The notes under the pieces are model-generated. The model did no database searches, was not told the origin of the DNA, and saw nothing but the letters and a program-made list of their open reading frames with translations. Source: Spirochaetia bacterium (GTDB taxonomy: Bacteria > Spirochaetota > Spirochaetia > SZUA-6 > Bin103). Taken from it: a stretch of DNA of 64,000 bases. Location of the stretch: NCBI GenBank assembly GCA_965199955.1, contig CBDATQ010000001.1, positions 416,001 through 480,000 on the forward strand, written 5' to 3'. A program made the translations under genes and the position numbers. Position 1 is the stretch's first letter. Each line of letters begins with the position of its first letter. Positions 21,174-30,450 of this stretch are shown in pieces.

Positions 21174-21974
21174 ATGATCAAGATCGGCTGCAACTCACTG
21201 AGCATGCGGGACATGGGCGTCGAGGACTTCATCAGGACCTGCTACGAGCTGCGCATGGACAGCATCGACTTCCACGAGTCGGCGTTCGCGTCCCGGGAGC
21301 CTGCGTATCTCGCGTCGATCAGGCTGCTGTGTCTGAAGTACGGCCTGCCGATCGCCTACATCGGCGTCAGCGGGCTGTTCCACGGCACGGCCGATGAGCG
21401 CAGGGCGCACGCCGACAAGGCGAAGGGCGTGATCGACCTGGCGGCCTTCCTCGGCGCACCGCTCATCCGCATGTTCTGCGCGACCGTCCCGGAGAAGAAC
21501 GGCGACGGCGAGCCGGCCTGGCCGGCCATGATCGCCGGCTACCGGGAGGTGGCCGACTACGGCGCCGGGCGCGGCGTGTCCATCGGCCTGCAGAACCACC
21601 CCGTTACCGGAGACGACATGCTGCGCATCCGCAAGGACGTGGACCGCGAGAACTTCAACTTCCTCGTGGACACCGGGCAATGGGTGGGATCGCCCGGATC
21701 GCAGCCGGTGGGAGTCACCGATCCGGCGCACGACTTCTACGGCTACATGGAGCAGACCGTGCCGTACGCCACCTGCATCCGCACGAAGTTCTACCGGATC
21801 GAGAGCGGTCGCGAGGAGTGGCTGGACTACGAGCGGATCGTCTCGATCATCAGGAACGCGAACTACAACGGCTGCCTGTCGATCGTGTACGAAGGCAAGC
21901 AGCCGGACCACGTGGAGCAGGTCCGCCTGGCGGCCGCGTACCTGCGCGAGCTGTTCGGCGCCGACCGCTGCTGA
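21174..21974 (+). CDS. Sugar phosphate isomerase/epimerase (xylose isomerase-like TIM barrel)
   Basis: LGAPLIRMF, LQNH, DTG, YNGCLSIVYEG. Confidence 0.8.
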   Translation: MIKIGCNSLSMRDMGVEDFIRTCYELRMDSIDFHESAFASREPAYLASIRLLCLKYGLPIAYIGVSGLFHGTADERRAHADKAKGVIDLAAFLGAPLIRMFCATVPEKNGDGEPAWPAMIAGYREVADYGAGRGVSIGLQNHPVTGDDMLRIRKDVDRENFNFLVDTGQWVGSPGSQPVGVTDPAHDFYGYMEQTVPYATCIRTKFYRIESGREEWLDYERIVSIIRNANYNGCLSIVYEGKQPDHVEQVRLAAAYLRELFGADRC

Positions 21975-21976
21975 CG

Positions 21977-23077
21977 CTATCGAAAGCGGAACAGGATGGT
22001 GTCGCCATCGCGCACTTGGTAGTCGCGGCCCTCGACGCGTAGCAGGCCAGCCTCGCGCGCCTGCGCCATGCCGCCGCACTCGGAGAGGTCCTGGTAGCCG
22101 ACCACCTCGGCGCGGATGAAGCCCTGCTCCATGTCGCTGTGCACGCTGCCGGCGGCCCGCGCGGCGCCGGTGCCGTCCGGGATCGCCCAGGCGTGCGCCT
22201 CGGTCTCGTTGGCCGTGAAGAACGTGATCAGGCCGAGGAGGCGGTAGGCGTGGCGCACCAGCCGGTCTATGCCACGCTCGGCGATGCCGGCGTCGGTCAG
22301 GAACTCGGCCGCCTCGTCGGGCTCCAGATCGCCGACCTCCGCCTCCAGGTCGGCGCAGACCGCCATCGCGTCCGCCCCGCCACCCGTCTGGCCGGCGGCA
22401 TGCGCGTGCACGGCAGCGACGCGCTCGTCGCCGGCGCCGATGAGCTCCTCCCCGGTGTTGATGACGTAGATGATCGGCTTGCCGGTGAGCAGGAACAGCT
22501 CGCCCAGCAGCTCGCGATCGCCCGGCTCCGGATCGATGGCTCGTGCCGGAGTGCCGGCGTCCAGCGCCTCCCTGAAGCGGTCCAGCCGCGACAGTTCGTC
22601 CCGTGCGTCCTTCTCGCCGGCGTGGGCGCGCCGCACCGTGCGCTCGCGCCGCCGCTCGATGGTGCCCAGGTCGGCCAGCGATAGCTCGGTCTCCACCGTC
22701 TGCGCGTCGGCGACCGGGTCGACCGAGCCCTCCGCACGCGGCACGCCTTCGCGCTCGAAGCAGCGGACCACGTGCGCGATCGCGTCGACCTCCCGGATGT
22801 GGCCCAGGAACCGGTTGCCGAGTCCCTCGCCGGTGCTGGCGCCGGCCACCAGGCCGGCGATGTCCACGAACTCGATCGCACTCGGCACCGCCCGCGGCGA
22901 CTCGAACAGGTGCCGGACCTCTTCGAGCCGCTCGTCGCGCACCTCGATCACGCCGACGTTGGGCTCGATCGTGCAGAACGGGTAAGCGGCCACGTCCGCC
23001 TGCCGGCTGCCGGTGAGGGCGTTGAACAGGGTGGACTTTCCGGCGTTGGGCAGCCCGACGATGCCGACGCTTAACAC
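21977..23077 (-). CDS. ychF: Ribosome-binding ATPase YchF
   Basis: GIVGLPNAGKST, YPFCTIEPN, DIAGL, GEGLGNRFL, GFIRAEV. Confidence 0.96.
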   Translation of the reverse strand: MLSVGIVGLPNAGKSTLFNALTGSRQADVAAYPFCTIEPNVGVIEVRDERLEEVRHLFESPRAVPSAIEFVDIAGLVAGASTGEGLGNRFLGHIREVDAIAHVVRCFEREGVPRAEGSVDPVADAQTVETELSLADLGTIERRRERTVRRAHAGEKDARDELSRLDRFREALDAGTPARAIDPEPGDRELLGELFLLTGKPIIYVINTGEELIGAGDERVAAVHAHAAGQTGGGADAMAVCADLEAEVGDLEPDEAAEFLTDAGIAERGIDRLVRHAYRLLGLITFFTANETEAHAWAIPDGTGAARAAGSVHSDMEQGFIRAEVVGYQDLSECGGMAQAREAGLLRVEGRDYQVRDGDTILFRFR

Positions 23078-23195
23078 GGTGGCATTACCCTACCGCACCG
23101 GAGCATCCTGACAATACGACATAGTCGCAGTGTGAGGCGGGAACCGCCCGCGAGAGGGATAGACACGAAACTCAACGCACCATGAGACTTCGTAC

Positions 23196-24272
23196 GTGCG
23201 CGTCCTGTTCCTGGAGCCGTTTGACGGGGGCTCGCACCGGGAGTTCATCGCAGGCCTGCAGGAGCACTCGCGGCATGCGATCGACGTGCAGAGCCTGCCG
23301 GCGCGTTTGTGGAAGTGGCGGCTGCGGGCGGCGGGGCTGACGCTGGCGCAACGGGTGGAACATCCGGAGCGGTACGATCTGGTGGTCGCGACCGGTCTGC
23401 TGGATCTGGCGCAGGTGCGGGCGGTGTGGGGGGCGCCTGCGCCTCCGGTGCTGCTGTATCTGCACGAGAGTCAGATTTCCTACCCCGTGCCGCCGGGCGG
23501 GTCCACGGGGGCGGAGCTTCTGTGGAGGGACGTGACGAACGTGGCCGTGGCCGATCACGTGGTCTTCAACTCGGAGTTCCACCGCATGGCGTTTCGCACG
23601 CGGCTGCCAGAGGTGATCAAGCAGCTTCCAGACGAGGAGGCGCGGCCGGAGGTGCCGCTGGCGGAGCTCGATCGGCGCTCGAGCGTGCTCTATCCGGGTT
23701 GCCGGTTCGAGGACGCCGGGGCGGCAGGCCCTCCGGAAGGGCCGCCGGTGGTGATCTGGAACCACCGCTGGGAGTTCGACAAGGATCCCGGGATCTTCGT
23801 CGATGTCCTTGCGGAGGTGGCGCGCCGCGGGGTGCCGTTCGGGGTGGCGCTGCTGGGCGAGCGCCTGATCCCGGAGCCGGATGCGCTGGTGCAGGCTCGG
23901 GCTGCGATGGCCGGCCGCATCGTCTTCGACGGGTTTCCTCCGCGGTCGGAGTACCTGCGCCAGCTCGCGCGCGGCAGCGTCGTGGTGTCCACGGCGGTGC
24001 AGGAGAACTTCGGAATCGCGGTCATGGAGGCCATTCACGCCGGCTGCATGCCGCTCCTCCCCCGCCGGCTTGTCTATCCGGAGCTGATCCCGCCGGAGTT
24101 GAACGACCGCTGCCTGTACGACGGCCCGGAAGACTTGGTCGAGCGGCTCGCGCGGGAACTGCAGTCTCCGGGGACCGAGCGCGACCGGTGGCGGCGGATC
24201 GCCGCGCGTCACGCGTGGCCGCGCGTGATCGACGCCTACGACGAGCTGTTCGAGACGGTGGCGCGCGCGTAG
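23196..24272 (+). CDS. GT-B glycosyltransferase with DUF3524 (GTDC1/QTMAN-like)
   Basis: LEPFDGGSH, WKWRLR, YLHESQ, FNSEFH, WNHRWEFDKDP, ENFGIAVMEA, RLVYPE. Confidence 0.85.
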   Translation: MRVLFLEPFDGGSHREFIAGLQEHSRHAIDVQSLPARLWKWRLRAAGLTLAQRVEHPERYDLVVATGLLDLAQVRAVWGAPAPPVLLYLHESQISYPVPPGGSTGAELLWRDVTNVAVADHVVFNSEFHRMAFRTRLPEVIKQLPDEEARPEVPLAELDRRSSVLYPGCRFEDAGAAGPPEGPPVVIWNHRWEFDKDPGIFVDVLAEVARRGVPFGVALLGERLIPEPDALVQARAAMAGRIVFDGFPPRSEYLRQLARGSVVVSTAVQENFGIAVMEAIHAGCMPLLPRRLVYPELIPPELNDRCLYDGPEDLVERLARELQSPGTERDRWRRIAARHAWPRVIDAYDELFETVARA

Positions 24273-26473
24273 ATCACCGGTCGTCGCCACGTGACGGTGT
24301 GGCCGATCGCGGCAGCGGCGGCCGCCTGCAGGGCCGTCAGGTCGTCCGGTGACAGCTCCTGGCGGAGCGCTTGCGCGAGCGGCCCGGACCGGCTCTCGCT
24401 GCCGAGCAGCCGGTCGATCCATGCTTGGCTGACCTGGATGTCGGTGCGGAGGGGCTCCTCCTCGACCTCGATCTCCGCGAAGCCGGCCGCCTGCAGCATC
24501 GCCTGCAGTCGTGCGGGCGTCAGTGACGCGGCCTCCGCGATGTCCTGCTGCACCCGGTCCACCCGCTCGGCCAGATCGCGGCGGGCCGCGGGCAGCGGGA
24601 ACAGCTCCGTCAGAGCCGGGAACGACGCGCCGTCGGTCTCGCCGAGCGACAGCGTTCCGTCGGGGGCCATCGCTGCGTGCAGCGTGCGCAGCCCGGCCTC
24701 CGGGTCGTCGAGCCGCGCCAGCGCGCTCCGGCCGACCGCAGCATCGAAGCGCACCGCCCCGGAGCCGTTCTCCGCCAGCAGCTCACCCAACCGGGACAGG
24801 CCGTCGGCGAGCAGCACGGGGCGTTCGTCTTCCGGCACCGCTTCGACCATCTGCCGCGCCATCGTCAGGTGGTCGGCCGACGGCGACAGCGCGTAGACGC
24901 CGCCCTCCGGCGCGCGGCGCAGAAGCTCCCAGGTCAACAGCCCCGTGCCCATCGCCAAGTCCAGCACCACGTGGTGGCGGCGGAGCCGCGCGCCGTCGAG
25001 CACGCGGTCGCGGATCGACGCCAGCGCCGTGGGCCGGCCGACGGCGACGCGGGCCAGCCAGCGCTCGCGCTCGTCGGCCACCCGCGCGCCGGCCGAGGTG
25101 AGCCCCTCGACCGGTCCGTCGTCGTCGAGCATGGCGGCGAGCTGCTCCTCGCGGCGGCGAGCCACCTGCAGCGCCAGCTCCCCCTCGTATCCCATCTCCG
25201 AGGGCTGGTAGAACACGCGGCCGGCCAGCGCGCCCGGAAGGTAGCGCTGCGCCACCCAATGGTCGCGGAACGCGTGCGGATAGGCGTAGCCGGCCCCGTG
25301 GCCGAACCCCTCGGCGTCGCGGCTGGCGTCGCGCAGGTGGGTCGGCACCTCGCCCGGCGCCTCGCTGCCGACGGCGTTGAGGGCGTCGAAGAAGCCCATG
25401 GCGGAGTTGCTCTTGGGCGCGGTCGCCAGGTACAGGGCGGCCTCCGCCAGGTGGAAGCGGCCCTCCGGCATGCCCACGTAGTCGAACGCCTGCGCGCAGC
25501 CGGCGATCACGCCCACCGCCCGCGGATCGGCCAGGCCCACGTCCTCGGCGGCCAGGATCAGCATGCGCCGGAACAGGAAGCGCGGATCCTCGCCTGCGTA
25601 GACCATGCGCGCCAGCCAGTACAGCGAGGCGTCGGGGTCGGAGCCGCGCACGCTCTTGATGAAGGCGCTGATCGTGTCGTAGTGGGCGTCGCCGTCCTTG
25701 TCGTAGAGCACGGCCCGCCGCTGGATGGACTCCTCGGCCACGGCCAGGTCGACGACGATCGGCCCGCCGGCCGGGTCGGTGGTCTCCACCGCCAGCTCCA
25801 GGGCGTTGAGCAGGCTGCGGGCGTCGCCCGAGGCGACATCCACCAGGTGCTCCAGCGCCTCGGGCCGCAGGTCGACCTGGAGGCGGCCGTAGCCGCGCTC
25901 GCCGTCTTCCAGGGCGCGCGCGGCGAGCGCGCGCAGGTCGCCGGTTTCCAGCGCCAGGAGCTGGAAGATGCGGCTGCGGCTCACCAGCGGCTTGATCACC
26001 TCGAAGTACGGGTTCTCGGTGGTGGCGCCGATCAGGATCACCGTGCCGGCCTCCACCCACGGCAGCAGCGCGTCCTGCTGCGCCTTGTTCCAGCGGTGCA
26101 CCTCGTCCACGAACAGGATGGTCCGGCGGCCGTGCCGGTCGGCGTGCTCGCCGGCCTCCTTGATCGCCTCGCGCAGGTCCTTGACCCCGGCCAGCACGGC
26201 GTTGATGGCAATGAAGTGCGCGCGGGTGGTGTTGGCGATGACCCGCGCCAGCGTCGTCTTGCCGGTCCCCGGGGGTCCGTAGAGGATGATCGAGGAGAGC
26301 TGGTCGGCTTCGATCGCGCGGCGCAGCAGCCGCCCCGGCCCGATGATGTGCTGCTGGCCGGCCACCTCGTCCAGGGTGCGCGGCCGCATGCGCGCGGCCA
26401 GCGGTTGCGCACGGTCGAAGCCGTCCAGCACGGGCGCCTCGCGTCGATCGGCCTCGCTTCGTTTGGACGGCAT
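24236..26473 (-). CDS. rarA: RarA/MgsA AAA+ ATPase with C-terminal SAM-methyltransferase-like domain
   Basis: PLAARMRP, GPPGTGKTT, DEVHR, GATTENPYF, HYDTISAFIKSVRGSDPD; C-terminal VLDLAMGTGLL. Confidence 0.9.
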   Translation of the reverse strand: MPSKRSEADRREAPVLDGFDRAQPLAARMRPRTLDEVAGQQHIIGPGRLLRRAIEADQLSSIILYGPPGTGKTTLARVIANTTRAHFIAINAVLAGVKDLREAIKEAGEHADRHGRRTILFVDEVHRWNKAQQDALLPWVEAGTVILIGATTENPYFEVIKPLVSRSRIFQLLALETGDLRALAARALEDGERGYGRLQVDLRPEALEHLVDVASGDARSLLNALELAVETTDPAGGPIVVDLAVAEESIQRRAVLYDKDGDAHYDTISAFIKSVRGSDPDASLYWLARMVYAGEDPRFLFRRMLILAAEDVGLADPRAVGVIAGCAQAFDYVGMPEGRFHLAEAALYLATAPKSNSAMGFFDALNAVGSEAPGEVPTHLRDASRDAEGFGHGAGYAYPHAFRDHWVAQRYLPGALAGRVFYQPSEMGYEGELALQVARRREEQLAAMLDDDGPVEGLTSAGARVADERERWLARVAVGRPTALASIRDRVLDGARLRRHHVVLDLAMGTGLLTWELLRRAPEGGVYALSPSADHLTMARQMVEAVPEDERPVLLADGLSRLGELLAENGSGAVRFDAAVGRSALARLDDPEAGLRTLHAAMAPDGTLSLGETDGASFPALTELFPLPAARRDLAERVDRVQQDIAEAASLTPARLQAMLQAAGFAEIEVEEEPLRTDIQVSQAWIDRLLGSESRSGPLAQALRQELSPDDLTALQAAAAAAIGHTVTWRRPVIYARATVSNSSS

Positions 26474-26495
26474 CGCTCGGGTAGACTCGCAGACT

Positions 26496-27203
26496 ATGAG
26501 TGATTCCGCACGCGATCTGGCGATTCAGACCTACTGCCTGCGCGGCTATACCGACTCCCGCGTCGTGGCGCAGAAGGTGGCAGACCTGGGACTGGCGCAC
26601 GTCGAGCTCCACGCCGGCGACCCCGCAGCGTTCCTGGAGGCCGGCATCGGCATCGTCAGCACCGGCGTGACCACCCTGAGCGGCGACGCCGACGCGATGC
26701 GCGGCAGCCTGGAGCTCCCCCGGCGGCTGGGCCTGGGCCTGGTCAGCGCCGACTTCCGGCCGGCGTTCTCACCCGAGGCGTTCCGCACCGCCGAGCGGGT
26801 GGCGGGCGAGCTGGGGCTGCGGCTGGCGCTGCACAACCATGGCGGCGGCCACTGGCTGGGGTCCGAGGCCATGCTGGAGCTGCTGCTCGAGTCCACGGGA
26901 CCGGAGATCGGCGTGATGCTCGACACCGCCTGGGCCATCGACGCCCGCGCCGACCCGATCGAGCTGGCGCGGCTGGCCGGCGACCGGCTGTACGGCGTGC
27001 ACGTCAAGGACTTCGTCTACCGCGAGGGGCGCGAACCCATCGACGTCGTGGTCGGCACGGGCAACCTGGACATGCCGGGACTGGCCGCCGCCCTGGACGA
27101 CATCGGCTTCGACGGCCCGCTGATCCTGGAGTACGAGGGCGAGGTCGAAAATCCGATGCCGGCGCTCACAAGCTGCGTGCAGGCGATGCGCTGCGTCTGG
27201 TGA
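26496..27203 (+). CDS. Sugar phosphate isomerase/epimerase (IolE-like)
   Basis: LHNHGG, LDTAW, GVHVKD, GTGNLD, LILEYE. Confidence 0.85.
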   Translation: MSDSARDLAIQTYCLRGYTDSRVVAQKVADLGLAHVELHAGDPAAFLEAGIGIVSTGVTTLSGDADAMRGSLELPRRLGLGLVSADFRPAFSPEAFRTAERVAGELGLRLALHNHGGGHWLGSEAMLELLLESTGPEIGVMLDTAWAIDARADPIELARLAGDRLYGVHVKDFVYREGREPIDVVVGTGNLDMPGLAAALDDIGFDGPLILEYEGEVENPMPALTSCVQAMRCVW

Positions 27204-27273
27204 CAGGCAAGGATCAGCGGAGAGCGATGTCCCGCCATCTGTCGCTGCGGGCGCGCGATGGTACGATGTGGCC

Positions 27274-28179
27274 ATGACGGAAGACTCGTTTCTCGACCGT
27301 TATCAGGAAGAAGGCTACGCGATACAGCGCGGCCTCGTGACGGCGGCTGACCTGGACCCGGTGCGCGCGTTCCTGGCCGCGGAGGTGGACGCCTACGCCC
27401 GCCGCATGCTGGCCGAGGGAGAGATTCGCTCACTGCACGCCGAGCAGCCGTTCGAGCGGCGGTTCGCGGCCATCTGCCGGGAGATGGACGTCTCGCCCCG
27501 GAGCTGGATCGGGAGCGTGTTCGATCGGGTCTTCTACGATCTGTACCGGCATCCGGCCATCCTGCGGGTACTGCGCGAGTTGATCGGCCCGGAGGTGGTG
27601 CAGCTCGGCGCGCTGAACATCCGCACCAAGCTGCCGGAGGCGGAGATCACCTCCTTCCCCTGGCACCAGGACAGCCACTACTACAACGAGCCGTCCCGCG
27701 GAAGGCGGACCGGCTCCACCGAGGAGGCGCACATCGTCACGGTCTGGGTGCCGCTGGTGAACGCGAACGTGGAGAACGGCTGCGTGTGGGTGCTGCCCGG
27801 CAGCCACCGCTGGGGCCTGATCGACGCGGCGCGCGGCGAGGACCTGAACGTGCGCGCCACCGAGGACGTCGAGCGGCGCGGCACGCCGACGCCGGTGGAG
27901 ATGCGGGTGGGTGATGTCCTGTTCCTGACCAACCTCACCTTTCATGCCAGCAAGATGAACCGGACCGACGCATCGCGCTGGAGCGTCGATTTCCGCTATC
28001 ACGCCGCGCCTGCCACGCTGAGCTCCGGGCCGCGCGTTGCGCTGGAGGAGCTGCACGACCGCTTTCGGGCCTCCGGCCGCGAGTCGCTGACGGTGTTGAG
28101 CTCAGGCCCGACGCCCACGTGGGAGGAGTGGCGCGATGCCACCAACCGGGCGCGGGAGCAGGCGGCCGCCGACCGCTGA
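27274..28179 (+). CDS. Phytanoyl-CoA dioxygenase (PhyH) family
   Basis: PWHQD, VWVPLV, ENGC..VLPGSH, H.S..N...R.S. Confidence 0.9.
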   Translation: MTEDSFLDRYQEEGYAIQRGLVTAADLDPVRAFLAAEVDAYARRMLAEGEIRSLHAEQPFERRFAAICREMDVSPRSWIGSVFDRVFYDLYRHPAILRVLRELIGPEVVQLGALNIRTKLPEAEITSFPWHQDSHYYNEPSRGRRTGSTEEAHIVTVWVPLVNANVENGCVWVLPGSHRWGLIDAARGEDLNVRATEDVERRGTPTPVEMRVGDVLFLTNLTFHASKMNRTDASRWSVDFRYHAAPATLSSGPRVALEELHDRFRASGRESLTVLSSGPTPTWEEWRDATNRAREQAAADR

Positions 28180-28197
28180 CGCCCGGTCCGGCCCGGG

Positions 28198-29544
28198 TCA
28201 GGTGAACGACGCCTCGTCGGTGTCCATGGGGTCGTCGGGCGCCAGGCTGAAGCTCCCGTCCGGTTGCTCCTGCCACTGGCAGACGTCGGGCTCGCCCGCG
28301 CGGTTGGCGACCGGACCGCGGAGCACGGGGTCGCCGGTGGCGCGCAGGTGCTGGTCCAGGCGCTCCCGAAGCTGAGCCTCCACGTCGGCCAGCGCCGGAT
28401 CGCCGGCCAGGTCGCGCAGCTCGAACGGGTCGGAGGCCAAGTCGAAGAGCTGCTTGTCAGGAAGCGGCGAGCCGTACCAGCGCTCCACCGTCTCCCGGTC
28501 GCCGGCGTAGCGCGCCAGCCAGCCGTTGTCGACGTAGATGGGGACGCGGCGGTAGCTGCGGATCAGCTTGTATCGGGAGGTTCGGATGGAGCGCACCGGC
28601 GTGTAGTACCAGCGCCCGCTGCGCCTGCCCCAGTTGAGCTGGCTGAACGCCCAGCGCCGCAACGGCGCGGCCGGCTCGCCGGGCGCGAGCTGCGCGGCCC
28701 AGCTCATGCCCTGGATGCCCTGCGGCTGCGCCACCCCGCAGAGATCGGCCAGCGTGGGCAGCAGGTCGACGTTGCTCGACAGCTCGTCGATGGTCCTGCC
28801 CGGCGCGATCGCGCCCGGCAGCCGCATCAGCAGCGCCGTGCGCAGCCCGGAGTCGTAGATCGTGTGCTTGGCGCGCGCCACGGCCGGGCCGTGCTCGGTC
28901 GTGAACACGACCAGCGTGCGCTCGCGGAGGCCCGCGTGGTCGATGGCGGCCAGGATGCGGCCGATGCGGGCGTCCATGTCCCGGATCTGCCACGCCAGGG
29001 TAGCCAGGTCGCGCCGCGTGACGTCGGTGTCGGGCAGATACGGCGGCACGGCGATCCGTTCCGGCACCTCCGGGTCGAACGCCGCCCCGAACGGGCGATG
29101 GCACTGCGTGAAGGACACCTGCAGCAGGAACGGCGTGGCGGCGTCGCCCTCCGTCTCGATGAACGCCGCCGCCGCGGCCGCCTGCTCTTCCGGCACGGTC
29201 GCGATCTGCCGCGCGAACCCCACCCAGTGAGGGTCGTTCGGAATCATCAGCCGGCCGCACAGCACGGTCCGGTACCCGGCCCGCCGGAACCGTGCCGCCA
29301 TGCAGATCGTCCCCGGGGCGAGCGGCTCCTGGCCGATGACGCCCACCTCGTGCGGGAGCCATCCGGTATACATGGAGGACCGGCTCGGAATGCAGATCGG
29401 CGCCGTGGCGATGTGCATTCCGAAGCGCGCGCCCGCGGCGGCCAGCCCGTCCAGGTGGGGAGTGTCCAGATCGGGCCGGCCGTAGCAGCCCAGCCAGTCC
29501 CCCAGGTCGTGGCAATCGATGTAGACGACGTTCGGTCGAGGCAT
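28198..29544 (-). CDS. Sulfatase (Cys-type, formylglycine-dependent)
   Basis: PNVV..D.HDLG, TPHLD, CIPSRSSMYTG (CxPxR), LFDLASDPFE. Confidence 0.92.
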   Translation of the reverse strand: MPRPNVVYIDCHDLGDWLGCYGRPDLDTPHLDGLAAAGARFGMHIATAPICIPSRSSMYTGWLPHEVGVIGQEPLAPGTICMAARFRRAGYRTVLCGRLMIPNDPHWVGFARQIATVPEEQAAAAAAFIETEGDAATPFLLQVSFTQCHRPFGAAFDPEVPERIAVPPYLPDTDVTRRDLATLAWQIRDMDARIGRILAAIDHAGLRERTLVVFTTEHGPAVARAKHTIYDSGLRTALLMRLPGAIAPGRTIDELSSNVDLLPTLADLCGVAQPQGIQGMSWAAQLAPGEPAAPLRRWAFSQLNWGRRSGRWYYTPVRSIRTSRYKLIRSYRRVPIYVDNGWLARYAGDRETVERWYGSPLPDKQLFDLASDPFELRDLAGDPALADVEAQLRERLDQHLRATGDPVLRGPVANRAGEPDVCQWQEQPDGSFSLAPDDPMDTDEASFT

Positions 29545-29656
29545 CCTGTTGACAAGCCACAGGTTAGCACGCTCGCGCCGCGACTTCGAACGGCTGGCGG
29601 GCGGAGCGAGAGGCCATCTCCCGCAATCCGCCGCAGCTTTGCTACAGTGGGTCGTC

Positions 29657-30061
29657 ATGGCCGCACGTCACGGAGACTGGCTTCGGCAGGCGGACGCGGA
29701 TCTCCGCCACGCCGGTAACGCGCGCGACCATGATACGCACGAGTGGGCGTGTTTCGCCGCACAGCAAGCTGCGGAGAAGTCACTCAAGGCGGTCCTCCTG
29801 AGCCGCGGTGAGGATGCCTGCGGACACACGGTTACGGCTCTCCTTGGTTTGGTGACGACCGCAGAGCAGGCCGGCGAAGACCTGGTCACCTGCGCCAAGA
29901 GCCTCGACAAGCATTACATTCCCACCCGTTATCCGAACGGATTCGACACCGGCGCGCCGGTCGACTTCTACACGAAGAAGGACTCCGAGGATGCCATCCG
30001 CTGTGCCGAAACGATCATCACCTTCGCTCGTGGTCAAATCGAACAACCAGGCGGCGGTTGA
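29657..30061 (+). CDS. HEPN domain protein
   Basis: WLRQADADL, ACFAAQQAAEKSLKA, GH, YIPTRYP. Confidence 0.9.
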   Translation: MAARHGDWLRQADADLRHAGNARDHDTHEWACFAAQQAAEKSLKAVLLSRGEDACGHTVTALLGLVTTAEQAGEDLVTCAKSLDKHYIPTRYPNGFDTGAPVDFYTKKDSEDAIRCAETIITFARGQIEQPGGG

Positions 30062-30377
30062 AGCGGCTGTCCGCGGCTGGGCGCGGCACATCGCTCAGCG
30101 ACCCGAGGTACGGCGGATCATCTGGTTCGGCTCGCGGGTCAACGGCGCTCCCGCCCCAGGCAGCGATGTCGACGTGTGCGTGGTGATCTCGGGCTCGCGC
30201 CGGCCGATCCGTGACCGGATCGGCGATTACCTGCCATTCGGATTCCCCGTCGGCATCGACCTGTTTCCCTACACCGAATCGGAGTTGAAACGACTCGAGA
30301 CCGAACACCCGTCATGGTATGCCGCGATCGCTTCCGGCATCGACCTCATCACTGCTCGATCTGAGCTCAGTGATTGA
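30003..30377 (+). CDS. Minimal nucleotidyltransferase (MNT), partner of HEPN
   Basis: FGSR..G....SDVDVCVV, IDLFPYT; overlaps the HEPN 3' end. Confidence 0.88.
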   Translation: MPKRSSPSLVVKSNNQAAVEAAVRGWARHIAQRPEVRRIIWFGSRVNGAPAPGSDVDVCVVISGSRRPIRDRIGDYLPFGFPVGIDLFPYTESELKRLETEHPSWYAAIASGIDLITARSELSD

Positions 30378-30450
30378 ATAGAAGGGCGCAAAGATCAATA
30401 AGGCGATGGTCTCCGTATTCACGTCACGGGCTGCGAAGGATCAAACCATT

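Noticed and set aside
23078..23195. Structured RNA (for example a preQ1 riboswitch) between ychF and the glycosyltransferase
   Set aside because: Only a short GC hairpin; no recognisable consensus
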